From Candidatus Woesearchaeota archaeon (GTDB lineage Archaea; Nanobdellota; Nanobdellia; Woesearchaeales; GW2011-AR9): a stretch of DNA of 45,310 nucleotides. Below are positions 15,499 to 24,581 of the stretch, piece by piece (position 1 is the stretch's first letter; every line of letters begins with the position of its first letter). A program made the position numbers and the translations under genes. The notes beneath the pieces were generated by a model that had not been told where the DNA came from, ran no database searches, and worked only from the letters and a program-made list of their open reading frames with translations. The stretch covers positions 1-45,310 of the forward strand of contig JABHXC010000028.1 of the NCBI GenBank assembly GCA_018657475.1, in the 5' to 3' direction.

Positions 15499-17556
15499 TT
15501 ACTTTGTCTTTGATTTTTTTAATTTCCTGGGATGGTCAATATTATTCTTTACAAACCCTGCTTCAATAATCTCTTTACCTGCTACCTTTTTATCTAAACG
15601 GTTATTAGATGATCTTTTCTCAAACAAAGCAAGCACATTATCCCTAAAATCACTTGCTTCTTTAACTGTAAGGATGTGATTTCTTTCTAAGATATTGATG
15701 TCTCCAAGAATATCCTTAGTAGTTATTCCAGGAAGTTTGTTAAGTTGTTTTTCACCCATCGGACCAAGAACTTTAAGATATAAATTTCTAATTTCAGCAG
15801 AAACGTCCTTTCCAAAGAATTTTTCTACAACCAAAATCAGATTTTGTGTTTGATTATTGTTAATGATGCCATGCCCTTGTATCTCTTTAACATAACTTAG
15901 TATGGTATCTTTTGATAGCCCTAATCGTTTTAATATATTAAACTCTTTTTCTCCCATTGGGCCAAGAATTTCTAAGAATAATTTTTTAAATTCTAACTCT
16001 ACATTTTCCTGTGATGAAAATAATAACTTGATTGCTTTAATCTCTTTAACAGGGATTAAAGGGAGGGTGAAGTAAAATGTTGACCCTTTACCCACTTCAG
16101 ATTCTAACCAAAGTTTTCCATTTTGTGCTTCTACAATACCGCGACAAATTGCTAAACCTAATCCAGTTCCACCTTTCTTACGATATATTGTTTGTTCGGC
16201 TTGATAAAATGGTTCAAAAATTCTTCTTTGATCTTCTAGTTTTAAACCTACACCCTGATCAGTCACACTAAATTGGATATAATTTTCTTTCTTTTTAGCA
16301 GTGACCACAACTTGTCCATTGTCTGGACTAAATTTAATTGCATTATTGATTAAATTTCTTAGGACTTGATCAACCCGATCAGGATCAACTTCAATTATTG
16401 GTAAATTATCAATGTGACCAATGATCTTAACTTTTTTCTCTGGCATGAACCCTTCCATAAATTTTAGTAATTGGTTCACTGATTGAGTTAGACTTACTTT
16501 CTTAAAAATAAATTTTAACCTAGCTGCCTCAATCCGGCTTACTTCTAAAAAGTCAACAATAATTTTGTCTAATCTATTAGCGTTTCGAATAACTGTTTGA
16601 ACTGCTTCTTTTTGTTTTTTAGAAATCTTGCCAAAATATTCGCCCTCTAACATTTGTAACTGTGCTTTCATAGGAGTCATTGGACTCCGTAATTCATGAG
16701 AAGTAATACTGATAAATCTGGTTTTTGCACTATCAATTTGTTTTCTTTCTTTTTCCACTTGAGCTAGTGCTTCTGTTGTTTTGTTTAATGCTAATCCTAA
16801 CTCTTCTAACTCATCTCCAGTTTTAACATCAACGCGGGAAGTATAATCGCCTTGTCCAATCTTTTTTGTTGCAAGATACAAATGTTGAATCGGTTTTGAA
16901 ATGGATTTGGAAACAACAAAACCAAACAATAATATGATAACAGTTATTACAAACATTATTAATGAAGTAATATTACCAACAACTTGTTTTCCCTCATTAA
17001 TTTTCACATAAGCAGCTGCAATCTCATTATTTCTTCTTAACATCTCGGGACTATTATCTTCAAGAAAATCAAGAGAAGATTTAATCTTAGGATTAAGTGT
17101 TCCATTAATAAAAGTTACTTCATTGGCAATAATATCTGCTTTTTCTTTGTATTCTAACCATAATTCTTCAGCTTTTAAAACAGTGGGCATGATACTTGGA
17201 ATTGCAGGGGGTAAAATTTTATTGTCAGCTATACCTGGAGCAATTCCTCCATCTTTTAAAGCATAAAAAGAAGTGTGATGTAATTCAATAAATGAGAGAA
17301 GTGGAGCTCTATCCTCTTCGTGTCCCTTAGCAACCATCTCGGAGTAATATCCAATTCTTTGAGAAAGCATCCTGTTTCTTCCAGCAGCATCTATAAGAGC
17401 ACCATCTGATTTTTGTGAAGATTGAAGATTGTAAACTAAAATAACATTAGATAATGTAATAAGAAATATAATGGAAAAGATGAAAATAAACTTTCTATTG
17501 ATCTTATTTGTTACCCACTTTTTCAAACTAAAGTGTTTTTTACTATCTAAGTCCAT
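15499..17556 (-). CDS. Sensor histidine kinase (PilJ/NarX-type sensor, HAMP, HisKA, HATPase) with a duplicated C-terminal LGPMG domain
   Basis: IDAAGRNRMLSQRI; H-box SHELRSPMT; N-box NLINNAIKF; G1 DQGVG; G2 GGTGLGL. Confidence 0.93.
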   Translation of the reverse strand: MDLDSKKHFSLKKWVTNKINRKFIFIFSIIFLITLSNVILVYNLQSSQKSDGALIDAAGRNRMLSQRIGYYSEMVAKGHEEDRAPLLSFIELHHTSFYALKDGGIAPGIADNKILPPAIPSIMPTVLKAEELWLEYKEKADIIANEVTFINGTLNPKIKSSLDFLEDNSPEMLRRNNEIAAAYVKINEGKQVVGNITSLIMFVITVIILLFGFVVSKSISKPIQHLYLATKKIGQGDYTSRVDVKTGDELEELGLALNKTTEALAQVEKERKQIDSAKTRFISITSHELRSPMTPMKAQLQMLEGEYFGKISKKQKEAVQTVIRNANRLDKIIVDFLEVSRIEAARLKFIFKKVSLTQSVNQLLKFMEGFMPEKKVKIIGHIDNLPIIEVDPDRVDQVLRNLINNAIKFSPDNGQVVVTAKKKENYIQFSVTDQGVGLKLEDQRRIFEPFYQAEQTIYRKKGGTGLGLAICRGIVEAQNGKLWLESEVGKGSTFYFTLPLIPVKEIKAIKLLFSSQENVELEFKKLFLEILGPMGEKEFNILKRLGLSKDTILSYVKEIQGHGIINNNQTQNLILVVEKFFGKDVSAEIRNLYLKVLGPMGEKQLNKLPGITTKDILGDINILERNHILTVKEASDFRDNVLALFEKRSSNNRLDKKVAGKEIIEAGFVKNNIDHPRKLKKSKTK

Positions 17557-17675
17557 CTATCAACCTCTAATGTAAAATGAATGTTTTTTTCTTTTTAAAG
17601 TATTCCTCTAAATAGAATGAAAAAATGGAATAAAAGTAGGATTAAAATATAAAAATAAGATATAGAAAAAATGGT

Positions 17676-18200
17676 TTATTTTATCTCTATTACCGCATCA
17701 ACAAACATTGAAGCTTTCTTGATCAAAGCTTCCTGCTCTTTTATGTTTAAAGCGAGAAAAATTCCTTTAGTCTTACTAGCTTTGACTTTGTTGATTAGGT
17801 TACAAACAAATTTTTCTACTACGTTCGGTTTTCGATATGTTAAAAGATTAGTGATAGAATCAAAAATTAAATAGTCAAAACCGTGACCAATAAACTTTGA
17901 AATCACTATAGATAACTCAGTCAATGCACCTGGAGAGCTTACAAAATAGCAGCTTTCTGTTTGATCTTCTGATTTTTTAATTGTTTTAGAAATTGCGTCA
18001 ATAAAAACCATATTTTCTAACTTAACTTTTTTCTTTTTGAATTGTTCAGTAAGAGCATAAAAAGTTTTGTTTAAAGTGACATAACAAACATTCTTTTTAG
18101 AAAGTTTTTTTGTAACATCTGCTAAAATATCATGGTAGTCGGAACTGGGGAGTACTATTAACACGGTTTTATTTTCTGCTAATGTTTTTTCAATATCCAT
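17676..18200 (-). CDS. Degenerate RecA/KaiC-fold protein (no Walker A), probable signalling accessory
   Basis: CYVTLNK, FIDAIS, LIFDSITNLL and FVDAVIEI follow the KaiC-like strand order without GxxGxGKT. Confidence 0.7.
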   Translation of the reverse strand: MDIEKTLAENKTVLIVLPSSDYHDILADVTKKLSKKNVCYVTLNKTFYALTEQFKKKKVKLENMVFIDAISKTIKKSEDQTESCYFVSSPGALTELSIVISKFIGHGFDYLIFDSITNLLTYRKPNVVEKFVCNLINKVKASKTKGIFLALNIKEQEALIKKASMFVDAVIEIK

Positions 18201-18201
18201 T

Positions 18202-18555
18202 TTATCCCAAGATTTTTTTTACTCTGGCTATAAGAGTTTTAATATCAAATGGTTTTTGAATAAAATCAACTATATTCTTTTGACCAAGTAGTTCTTCTTT
18301 TTCAGCTTCTGAGGTTCTTACAACACTCAAAAAAGAGATTTTGACGTTCTTTATTTTTTTTACAACATCTCTTGTTGGAGTTCCTGGCATCATTATGTCC
18401 ATTAAAATTAGATCAGGTTTAGTCTTTTCTAATTTCTTTAAACAGTCATCACCACTTACTGCAGTAACAACAGAGTAGCCCTCTTTCTTCAGAATCATCT
18501 TAACGGAAGAACGAATATCCTCTTCATCATCCACAACCATTATTGTTTTAGTCAT
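18202..18555 (-). CDS. Stand-alone response regulator receiver
   Basis: IMVVDDE, DIMMP, KPF; AGAGGT RBS before ATG 18555. Confidence 0.93.
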   Translation of the reverse strand: MTKTIMVVDDEEDIRSSVKMILKKEGYSVVTAVSGDDCLKKLEKTKPDLILMDIMMPGTPTRDVVKKIKNVKISFLSVVRTSEAEKEELLGQKNIVDFIQKPFDIKTLIARVKKILG

Positions 18556-18653
18556 AATTATTACCTCTATATTATTATTTGAAGAGTTGCCCACATTTTT
18601 AAACGTTTCGTATACTGATTGTAGGTTGTTCACAGTAGTTTTTTAAAGAAATT

Positions 18654-19064
18654 TCAGTTTAACTCCCTAATTCTTTTAATAAAATTTTTCATTCTTATTA
18701 AAACAGCTTGTGCTTCTTTCACATTAATTTCTTTGCCATAATAATTTAGTGCATTTCTTAATTTTCTGAATTTATCAAATTCGTCTCCAAGTCTGGATTC
18801 ATTAATAATTTCTTTAAGAAAAGCAGTATAACATTCATGGTTGTAAATTTTTAAGCTATTTTTTAGTGCTAAAACTTCTAAAAGAATACGTAAAGAATCA
18901 TACAATAAAGTTATTTTTGAATCTATGAAACTTAATGGGAGAGAATTTGAAGCTTCTTCTTTTCTTTGAGCACTTTTCAATAAAGCAATTATTTTATTCC
19001 GATCTGTTGTAACTTTCTTCACAAACCCACTCTTTTTGCAATTTACCATGTCCATTATTACCAA
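18654..19064 (-). CDS. HEPN-domain protein (toxin of the MNT-HEPN pair)
   Basis: Helical, NHEC and RKLRNALNYY; directly downstream of MNT. True start may be 19055 or 19049. Confidence 0.78.
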   Translation of the reverse strand: MVIMDMVNCKKSGFVKKVTTDRNKIIALLKSAQRKEEASNSLPLSFIDSKITLLYDSLRILLEVLALKNSLKIYNHECYTAFLKEIINESRLGDEFDKFRKLRNALNYYGKEINVKEAQAVLIRMKNFIKRIRELN

Positions 19065-19567
19065 CTCCCAGAAAGTAAGAAACCGTTAAGAATATTGTGT
19101 AATAATTCCTTATTTTTATTTAATGATTCTCTATCTTTAAAAGTAAATAATTGAATTTCTCTTTTGAATTTTGATTCAAACTTCTTTAAATTAATTGGTT
19201 TCTTTGTTGGAGAAAATATGGCAAGGTCAATGTCAGAATTCTCATTAATCTCACCTTTTGAAAAAGAACCGAATAAGATGATTACGGGATCGAGAAATTG
19301 TTCTTCTAAAAAAAAAGTTAATGGCTCTAAATATTTAGTATAATAAGCCTGTTGTAGCTTTACAAATAGCTTATTCTCTCGATTTGCTTGGAAAAAGTGA
19401 TAACGACGATCTTCTTCTTTTGTAAGCAGACCTTCTCTAGTAAAAAAGTTAAGTAATTTTGAGGCGTGGGGTGGACTAATTTTTTTAAACTTAGCAAATT
19501 CTCTAACACTTATCTTTACATAATTGTCTTCAAAAAAGTAAGCAAGGGTGTTAAATATTTCTAACAT
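19058..19567 (-). CDS. wHTH + minimal nucleotidyltransferase (MNT antitoxin)
   Basis: SVREFAK...HASKLL HTH; LFGSFSKG...SDIDLAI. Confidence 0.88.
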   Translation of the reverse strand: MLEIFNTLAYFFEDNYVKISVREFAKFKKISPPHASKLLNFFTREGLLTKEEDRRYHFFQANRENKLFVKLQQAYYTKYLEPLTFFLEEQFLDPVIILFGSFSKGEINENSDIDLAIFSPTKKPINLKKFESKFKREIQLFTFKDRESLNKNKELLHNILNGFLLSGSW

Positions 19568-19696
19568 GTGTAATTAAAAATTAACACTGTTATTTAAATC
19601 TATCGAAAAATGAATATATTTTTTGGGAGATCCTAGAAACTTTGTTTCTGACATATTTTGTAAACAAATTATTACACCTGTTAAATTAAATTAACA
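19549..19696. promoter_or_regulatory. Four TGTTAA-N6-TTAACA-like operators in two pairs
   Basis: Sites at 19549, 19569, 19659 and 19679 (the last is perfect); 20-bp spacing within each pair. Confidence 0.65.
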
Positions 19697-19867
19697 CCCT
19701 CTGATTAATACACACCAAGGGATCTCATTAGTTTTTAAAGAGATAATAGGAATAATTCCTTACTGGATTTTGGAAACTTTTTTAGTTTAAATTTTTACAG
19801 AAGTTAAATTAAGATGAAAAACTAAATCTACATCACTTTTTTAAAGAGAACATAGAATTGTAAGATT

Positions 19868-20935
19868 ATGCAACAAACTAGCTATGATCCACACCAATTT
19901 GTACATGTAGAGGATATTAAGATTAAACAAGAGACTGAACTGCTTTTACAAGAAGCAACTAAAGTCTATAAAGAAAATTTTGATGGAAAGACATGGTATG
20001 GAAGATGTATTTTTATCTCATGGTATTGTTCATTAGCAGATTGTACATTTTGTTTTAGATCAACTAATGCCCATAAAGAAAGGCATCCAGAAACTTCTAG
20101 AAGAGGAATGGGAAGCATGTTATTAGAAGCATTATTCTGTAGACTTTTTAACTGGAGAATAGAATTTATTACTGGGGGTTATGGAATAATGCAATTTCCA
20201 GATATGTTAGAAATTGTAAAAAGTATTTCAACAGTTTATGGAGAAAAAATATGGTTAAATATTGGAGTTATCGCTCCTGCACATTTGAAAGAATTGAAAC
20301 CGTACGTTAAAGGTGTTTATGCTTCTTTAGAAACAGTAACTCCAAAATTGCATGATTATGTTTGTCCTAGTAAACCAATCAAACCGTATGAAATGATGTT
20401 TGACAAATTAGACGGCTTCAAAAAGAGTATAGCAATAATTGTAGGATTGGGTGATACAATAGAAGATATCAAGTATTTATTTGATTTTATTGAAAAACAT
20501 CAAGTTGATAGAATTACATTATATGCATTAAAGCCAGTTAGAGGAACAGAATATACTCACGGTCCTTCAGTAGAAGAATACATTACTTGGATCGCAAAAT
20601 TGAGGATTAAATTTCCAAAATTACAGATTGTTGCAGGAACTAACTTGAGGAGATGTGAAGATACTGGTTTTGTAATAAGAGCGGGTGCAAATGCAATAAC
20701 AAAATTTCCTGCAACAAAACAATTTGCAACTAAGAAAGCAAAATTATTAAAACAGTTAATTGAAAATCAAAATAGAAAATTTATCAGCAATTTTACGGAA
20801 TTGCCGGAAATTGATTGGAATAAAGAGATTAATTCTTTAGACATTAAAGACGAGTATAAACAAGAAATGTTAGAAAAATTGCCACCATATTTAAAGCGTT
20901 TCCAGAATCCTGTTGATAAGGATAAGGCTATTTAG
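19868..20935 (+). CDS. Radical SAM protein, BioB-like archaeal family
   Basis: CSLADCTFC (CX4CX2C), ITGG, IIVGLGDT. Confidence 0.82.
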   Translation: MQQTSYDPHQFVHVEDIKIKQETELLLQEATKVYKENFDGKTWYGRCIFISWYCSLADCTFCFRSTNAHKERHPETSRRGMGSMLLEALFCRLFNWRIEFITGGYGIMQFPDMLEIVKSISTVYGEKIWLNIGVIAPAHLKELKPYVKGVYASLETVTPKLHDYVCPSKPIKPYEMMFDKLDGFKKSIAIIVGLGDTIEDIKYLFDFIEKHQVDRITLYALKPVRGTEYTHGPSVEEYITWIAKLRIKFPKLQIVAGTNLRRCEDTGFVIRAGANAITKFPATKQFATKKAKLLKQLIENQNRKFISNFTELPEIDWNKEINSLDIKDEYKQEMLEKLPPYLKRFQNPVDKDKAI

Positions 20936-21263
20936 TGAAAATTTTAATTAAAGAATTTTGTAATTCTTTTAGTTTGTTTTCTTTTAGCTTTCCAATTCTT
21001 GACTTTATTATTGAAATGTCTGCAGTAAAAAGTTTGTTTGGCCTGATGATACTAGATACATGTAACTTGCCTTCTTGAAAATCTTCTGCTTCTAGGTTAA
21101 TTGCATATTTGTCTCTCCTGGAAGCAGCACTTGTTATCTGTACAAGAATTAAATCGTTTCCGCTAATGTTTGCAGCTACAACGGCTGGTCTCTTTTTAGA
21201 TGAGCTTAAGTCAGAAAAAGGAAAAAGAAGAACAACAATATCTCCCCTCACAAGTCTTTCCAA
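20928..21263 (-). CDS. PemK/MazF-family toxin
   Basis: RGDIVVLLFPFSD...KKRPAVV. Confidence 0.9.
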   Translation of the reverse strand: MERLVRGDIVVLLFPFSDLSSSKKRPAVVAANISGNDLILVQITSAASRRDKYAINLEAEDFQEGKLHVSSIIRPNKLFTADISIIKSRIGKLKENKLKELQNSLIKIFTK

Positions 21264-21496
21264 GCTTCATCCTCCTCTGCAGTTAGCCAATCTTTTGCGA
21301 GAGATTTTTCACTGACTAATGCAGGAAAAAATTTCTCATTGAACTGTTTTAAAGGTCTTAACTCAACTTTATTTTCAAAAGCAAGAATTGCAATTTTGGT
21401 GCCTTCTTGAAAACCTTCAAGTCTCCTTATGTCTTTTGGTATTGCTATCTGTCCTTTCTCGGTAACTGTTACAGTTCTTATTTCTATTAACGCCAT
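21248..21496 (-). CDS. AbrB/MazE-family antitoxin
   Basis: VTEKGQIAIPKDIR; C-terminal EEDEAWKDL overlapping the toxin start; ATG 21496 preferred. Confidence 0.88.
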   Translation of the reverse strand: MALIEIRTVTVTEKGQIAIPKDIRRLEGFQEGTKIAILAFENKVELRPLKQFNEKFFPALVSEKSLAKDWLTAEEDEAWKDL

Positions 21497-21499
21497 TTT

Positions 21500-21511
21500 C
21501 TTACTAGTAAG
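21500..21511. promoter_or_regulatory. Palindromic operator of the AbrB-MazF module
   Basis: Perfect palindrome CTTACTAGTAAG just upstream of ATG 21496. Confidence 0.55.
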
Positions 21512-21590
21512 ATAAGTAAGATTATTTAAATCTTTCTCATTTTTTATAAATAAAGGATATTTTTTAAAAAAACAAGTAAAAAGTACTATA

Positions 21591-22838
21591 ATGACAAAAA
21601 CTGTAGAAATCATGGCCCCTGCGGGTAGTTATGAATCATTACATGCAGCAATTAATGCTGGTGCAGATTCTGTATATTTTGGTATTGAACAACTTAATAT
21701 GCGTGCTAGGGCGGCAAATAATTTTACAACTGAAGATTTGAAAAAAATAGTTGCTATTTGTAAAAAAAATAATGTTAAGACTTACCTAACCTTAAACACA
21801 ATTATGTATGATCATGATTTAACATTAATGAAAAAAATATGCGACACTGCTAAAAATTCAGGAGTTAGTGCAGTAATTTGTAGCGATATTGCAGCAATGA
21901 GTTATGCAAAATCAATAGGTTTAGAAATTCATCTATCAACTCAAGCAAACATAAGTAACATCGAAGCGGTAAAATTTTATGCACAATTTGCTGATGTAGT
22001 AGTTTTAGCAAGAGAATTAACATTGCAGCAGATTAAAACTATTGTAAAAGAGATTAAAGAGAAAAAGATTTGTGGTCCGAAAGGGAAATTAATTGGGATT
22101 GAAGTTTTTGTACATGGTGCATTATGTGTTGCAGTTTCAGGAAAATGTTACATGAGTTTAGGAACATACAATGCTTCTGCTAATAGAGGGGCTTGTTTAC
22201 AGAATTGTAGAAGATCTTACAAAGTTATTGATGAAGAAACTGGAGATGAGTTATTAGTTGACAATAAATATATTATGTCACCAAAAGATCTTTGCACAAT
22301 TGGTTTTGTTGATAAATTAATTGAAGCAGGAGTTAATGTGTTTAAAATTGAAGGGAGAGGAAGAGCTCCTGAATATGTTGATACAGTGGTTAGATGTTAC
22401 AAAGGAGCTGCAGAAGCTGTTTCTAATGGAAAGTATAGTAAAGAAAAAATTGATCACTGGATCACACAATTAGAAAAAGTGTTTAACAGAGGTTTTTGGC
22501 ACGGCGGTTATTATCTTGGAAAAAAATTAGGAGAATGGAGTGGAGAATATGGAAGTCAGGCCACTACAGAAAAAATATTTGTAGGAGTTGTTCAAAATTA
22601 TTTTAAGAAAAATAAAGTTGGACAATTCTTGTTAGAAGCTGGAAGTTTGCAAGAGGGCAATACCATTCTTATCACTGGCCCGACAACAGGAGTAGTTAAT
22701 GGGAAAATTGAAAAAATGATCGTTAATGATGAAAAATCTGAAGTTGCAGAAAAGAATTCAGTTGTAACATTTAAAGTTGATAAGCAAGTTAGGCCAAATG
22801 ATAAACTATTTGTAATTAAGGAGAAAAAAAGTGCCTAA
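21591..22838 (+). CDS. Peptidase U32 family protein (TrhP/RlhA-like RNA hydroxylation)
   Basis: EIMAPAG, GADSVYFG, HLSTQAN, EVFVHGALCVAVSGKC, NRGACLQNCR, KIEGR. Confidence 0.92.
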   Translation: MTKTVEIMAPAGSYESLHAAINAGADSVYFGIEQLNMRARAANNFTTEDLKKIVAICKKNNVKTYLTLNTIMYDHDLTLMKKICDTAKNSGVSAVICSDIAAMSYAKSIGLEIHLSTQANISNIEAVKFYAQFADVVVLARELTLQQIKTIVKEIKEKKICGPKGKLIGIEVFVHGALCVAVSGKCYMSLGTYNASANRGACLQNCRRSYKVIDEETGDELLVDNKYIMSPKDLCTIGFVDKLIEAGVNVFKIEGRGRAPEYVDTVVRCYKGAAEAVSNGKYSKEKIDHWITQLEKVFNRGFWHGGYYLGKKLGEWSGEYGSQATTEKIFVGVVQNYFKKNKVGQFLLEAGSLQEGNTILITGPTTGVVNGKIEKMIVNDEKSEVAEKNSVVTFKVDKQVRPNDKLFVIKEKKSA

Positions 22839-23055
22839 GATTGTTCATTACAGAAACAAATGTATTGGCTGTAATTCTTGTGTAGAACATTCTCCAAACA
22901 ATTGGAAAATATCTTCAAATGATGGAAAGTCTGATTTAATTGGGAGTGTTAAGAAAAAAGATACTTTTGTAAAAAAAATTAGAGAAGATGAAATTGTTGA
23001 AAATGAATTAGCTGCAAGAGATTGCCCTGTAAAAATAATTCATATTTTTAAGTAG
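22831..23055 (+). CDS. Ferredoxin
   Basis: CIGCNSC...CPV. Confidence 0.88.
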   Translation: MPKIVHYRNKCIGCNSCVEHSPNNWKISSNDGKSDLIGSVKKKDTFVKKIREDEIVENELAARDCPVKIIHIFK

Positions 23056-23068
23056 TCAGTTGTCATGA

Positions 23069-23272
23069 TTATGATGCGTTATTTGAGTGATTATAAGACC
23101 TAGGCATTATACCCTTCGGCTCAACATCAGTTAATTTGATTTTTACACTCTCACCATTTTTTTTAAAAATAACTTCATGAATATGTTTCTTCATTGCACT
23201 ATCTATTTTACGAATTATTTCCTCTTCACTGATATGTGCTTTGTCTAAGTATAGCAACTTTTTTATTGACAT
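23069..23272 (-). CDS. Hypothetical protein
   Basis: 67-aa ORF filling the gap; no recognised motif. Confidence 0.5.
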   Translation of the reverse strand: MSIKKLLYLDKAHISEEEIIRKIDSAMKKHIHEVIFKKNGESVKIKLTDVEPKGIMPRSYNHSNNAS

Positions 23273-23334
23273 ACCATCCCCCGAGATTAGTAAGGTAAAG
23301 AAATATATAAATTATTTGGAGAAAAAGTGTGAAT

Positions 23335-24276
23335 TCACTTTTCTGGAGTTAACATATCTTCCATTAGAGCTTTAATGTTTTCTATAGTTTTCACATGTAA
23401 TAATCTCCCGCGAATGATTTTCCCGCCAACCATGCCTTTAGTGAAATTCATTGCTTGCATTCTGATATTGGCAAATTTAATTGTGGGATAATTTTTTGTA
23501 TAATCTAAATATTTAAAAAAAGCATGGATTCTTCTTTTATCAGAAACTTCACGATATTTACCTGTTTCTAAAAAGTGATTAATTTGTTGGAAGATAAATG
23601 GATTTTTTGCTGCAGCTCTACCAATCATCACATAATCACAACCAGTTTCGTCCAACATTCTTTTTGCATCTTCTGGAGTTTCAATGTCACCGTTTCCCAC
23701 TACAGGAATTTTTACTAACTGTTTTAATTCTTTAATTAATTTCCAATCAGATTTTCCGGAATAACCTTGTTTAACTGTTCTTGGATGTAACGTTATCATT
23801 TGCACACCTTCTTCTTCTGCAATTAATGCTATTTCTTTCCATTTATCAGAAGAAGTAACACCTGCTCGGATTTTTAGTGAGATTGGTTTCTTTGTTGATT
23901 GTACCATTGTTCTTAGAATTTTTCTTGTTAACTCTGGTTCCCTTAATAGTGCAGAACATGCCATTTGTTGTGTAATGTGAGGAGATGGACAACCCATATT
24001 GTAATCAATAATATCAAAATGTGGTTCAACAATTTTTACTGCCTGTTTTAGTTTTGTTAAATCTGAACCAAATAATTGTACAGATAATGGTCTTTCTTTT
24101 GGTGAGAATTCAATAAATTTCGTAATATCTTTTTGTTTTGCAGTAACTGCATGAATACTTTTAAACTCAGTAACGACTAAACCTGCCCCTAACTCTTTAC
24201 AAAGTAATCTTAGTGCTGGATCTGATAATCCTGCCATAGGTGCAAGAAATGCTTTACTTTGAAATTTTGGTAACAT
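23335..24276 (-). CDS. dusB: tRNA-dihydrouridine synthase
   Basis: LAPMAG, QLFGS, NMGCP, HPRT, GNGDI, VMIGRAA. Confidence 0.92.
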   Translation of the reverse strand: MLPKFQSKAFLAPMAGLSDPALRLLCKELGAGLVVTEFKSIHAVTAKQKDITKFIEFSPKERPLSVQLFGSDLTKLKQAVKIVEPHFDIIDYNMGCPSPHITQQMACSALLREPELTRKILRTMVQSTKKPISLKIRAGVTSSDKWKEIALIAEEEGVQMITLHPRTVKQGYSGKSDWKLIKELKQLVKIPVVGNGDIETPEDAKRMLDETGCDYVMIGRAAAKNPFIFQQINHFLETGKYREVSDKRRIHAFFKYLDYTKNYPTIKFANIRMQAMNFTKGMVGGKIIRGRLLHVKTIENIKALMEDMLTPEK

Positions 24277-24306
24277 ATGAAGAAGATGATATAGTGTTTT
24301 TAAAAA

Positions 24307-24561
24307 CTATTTGATTGTTTCTCTAAACTCAGGAAAATATTTCTCAATGATTAGTAACTCAAACTCACTCATTATTGATTCTTTAGGTTCTCTTTCTAAC
24401 AGAAATTCAAAAGATTTTTTTAATAATTTTTCTTTTGAAATTTTTTTGTTTGTTAATTCTCCATATACTTTATCAGAAATATGAACAAGATGTTTTGTTG
24501 TTGTATCTTCAATTACTTCAACTAAGAAAGTTTCTTCATCCTGTTTTGTTATTTTTATCAT
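24307..24561 (-). CDS. Hypothetical protein
   Basis: 84-aa ORF, co-oriented with its neighbours; SFEFLLEREPKESI motif. Confidence 0.72.
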   Translation of the reverse strand: MIKITKQDEETFLVEVIEDTTTKHLVHISDKVYGELTNKKISKEKLLKKSFEFLLEREPKESIMSEFELLIIEKYFPEFRETIK

Positions 24562-24581
24562 ATAATAAAAGAAAAAGAAAA

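Noticed and set aside
10131-18555. Chemotaxis operon
   Set aside because: No MCP signalling hairpin and no CheA, CheW, CheR or CheB recognised
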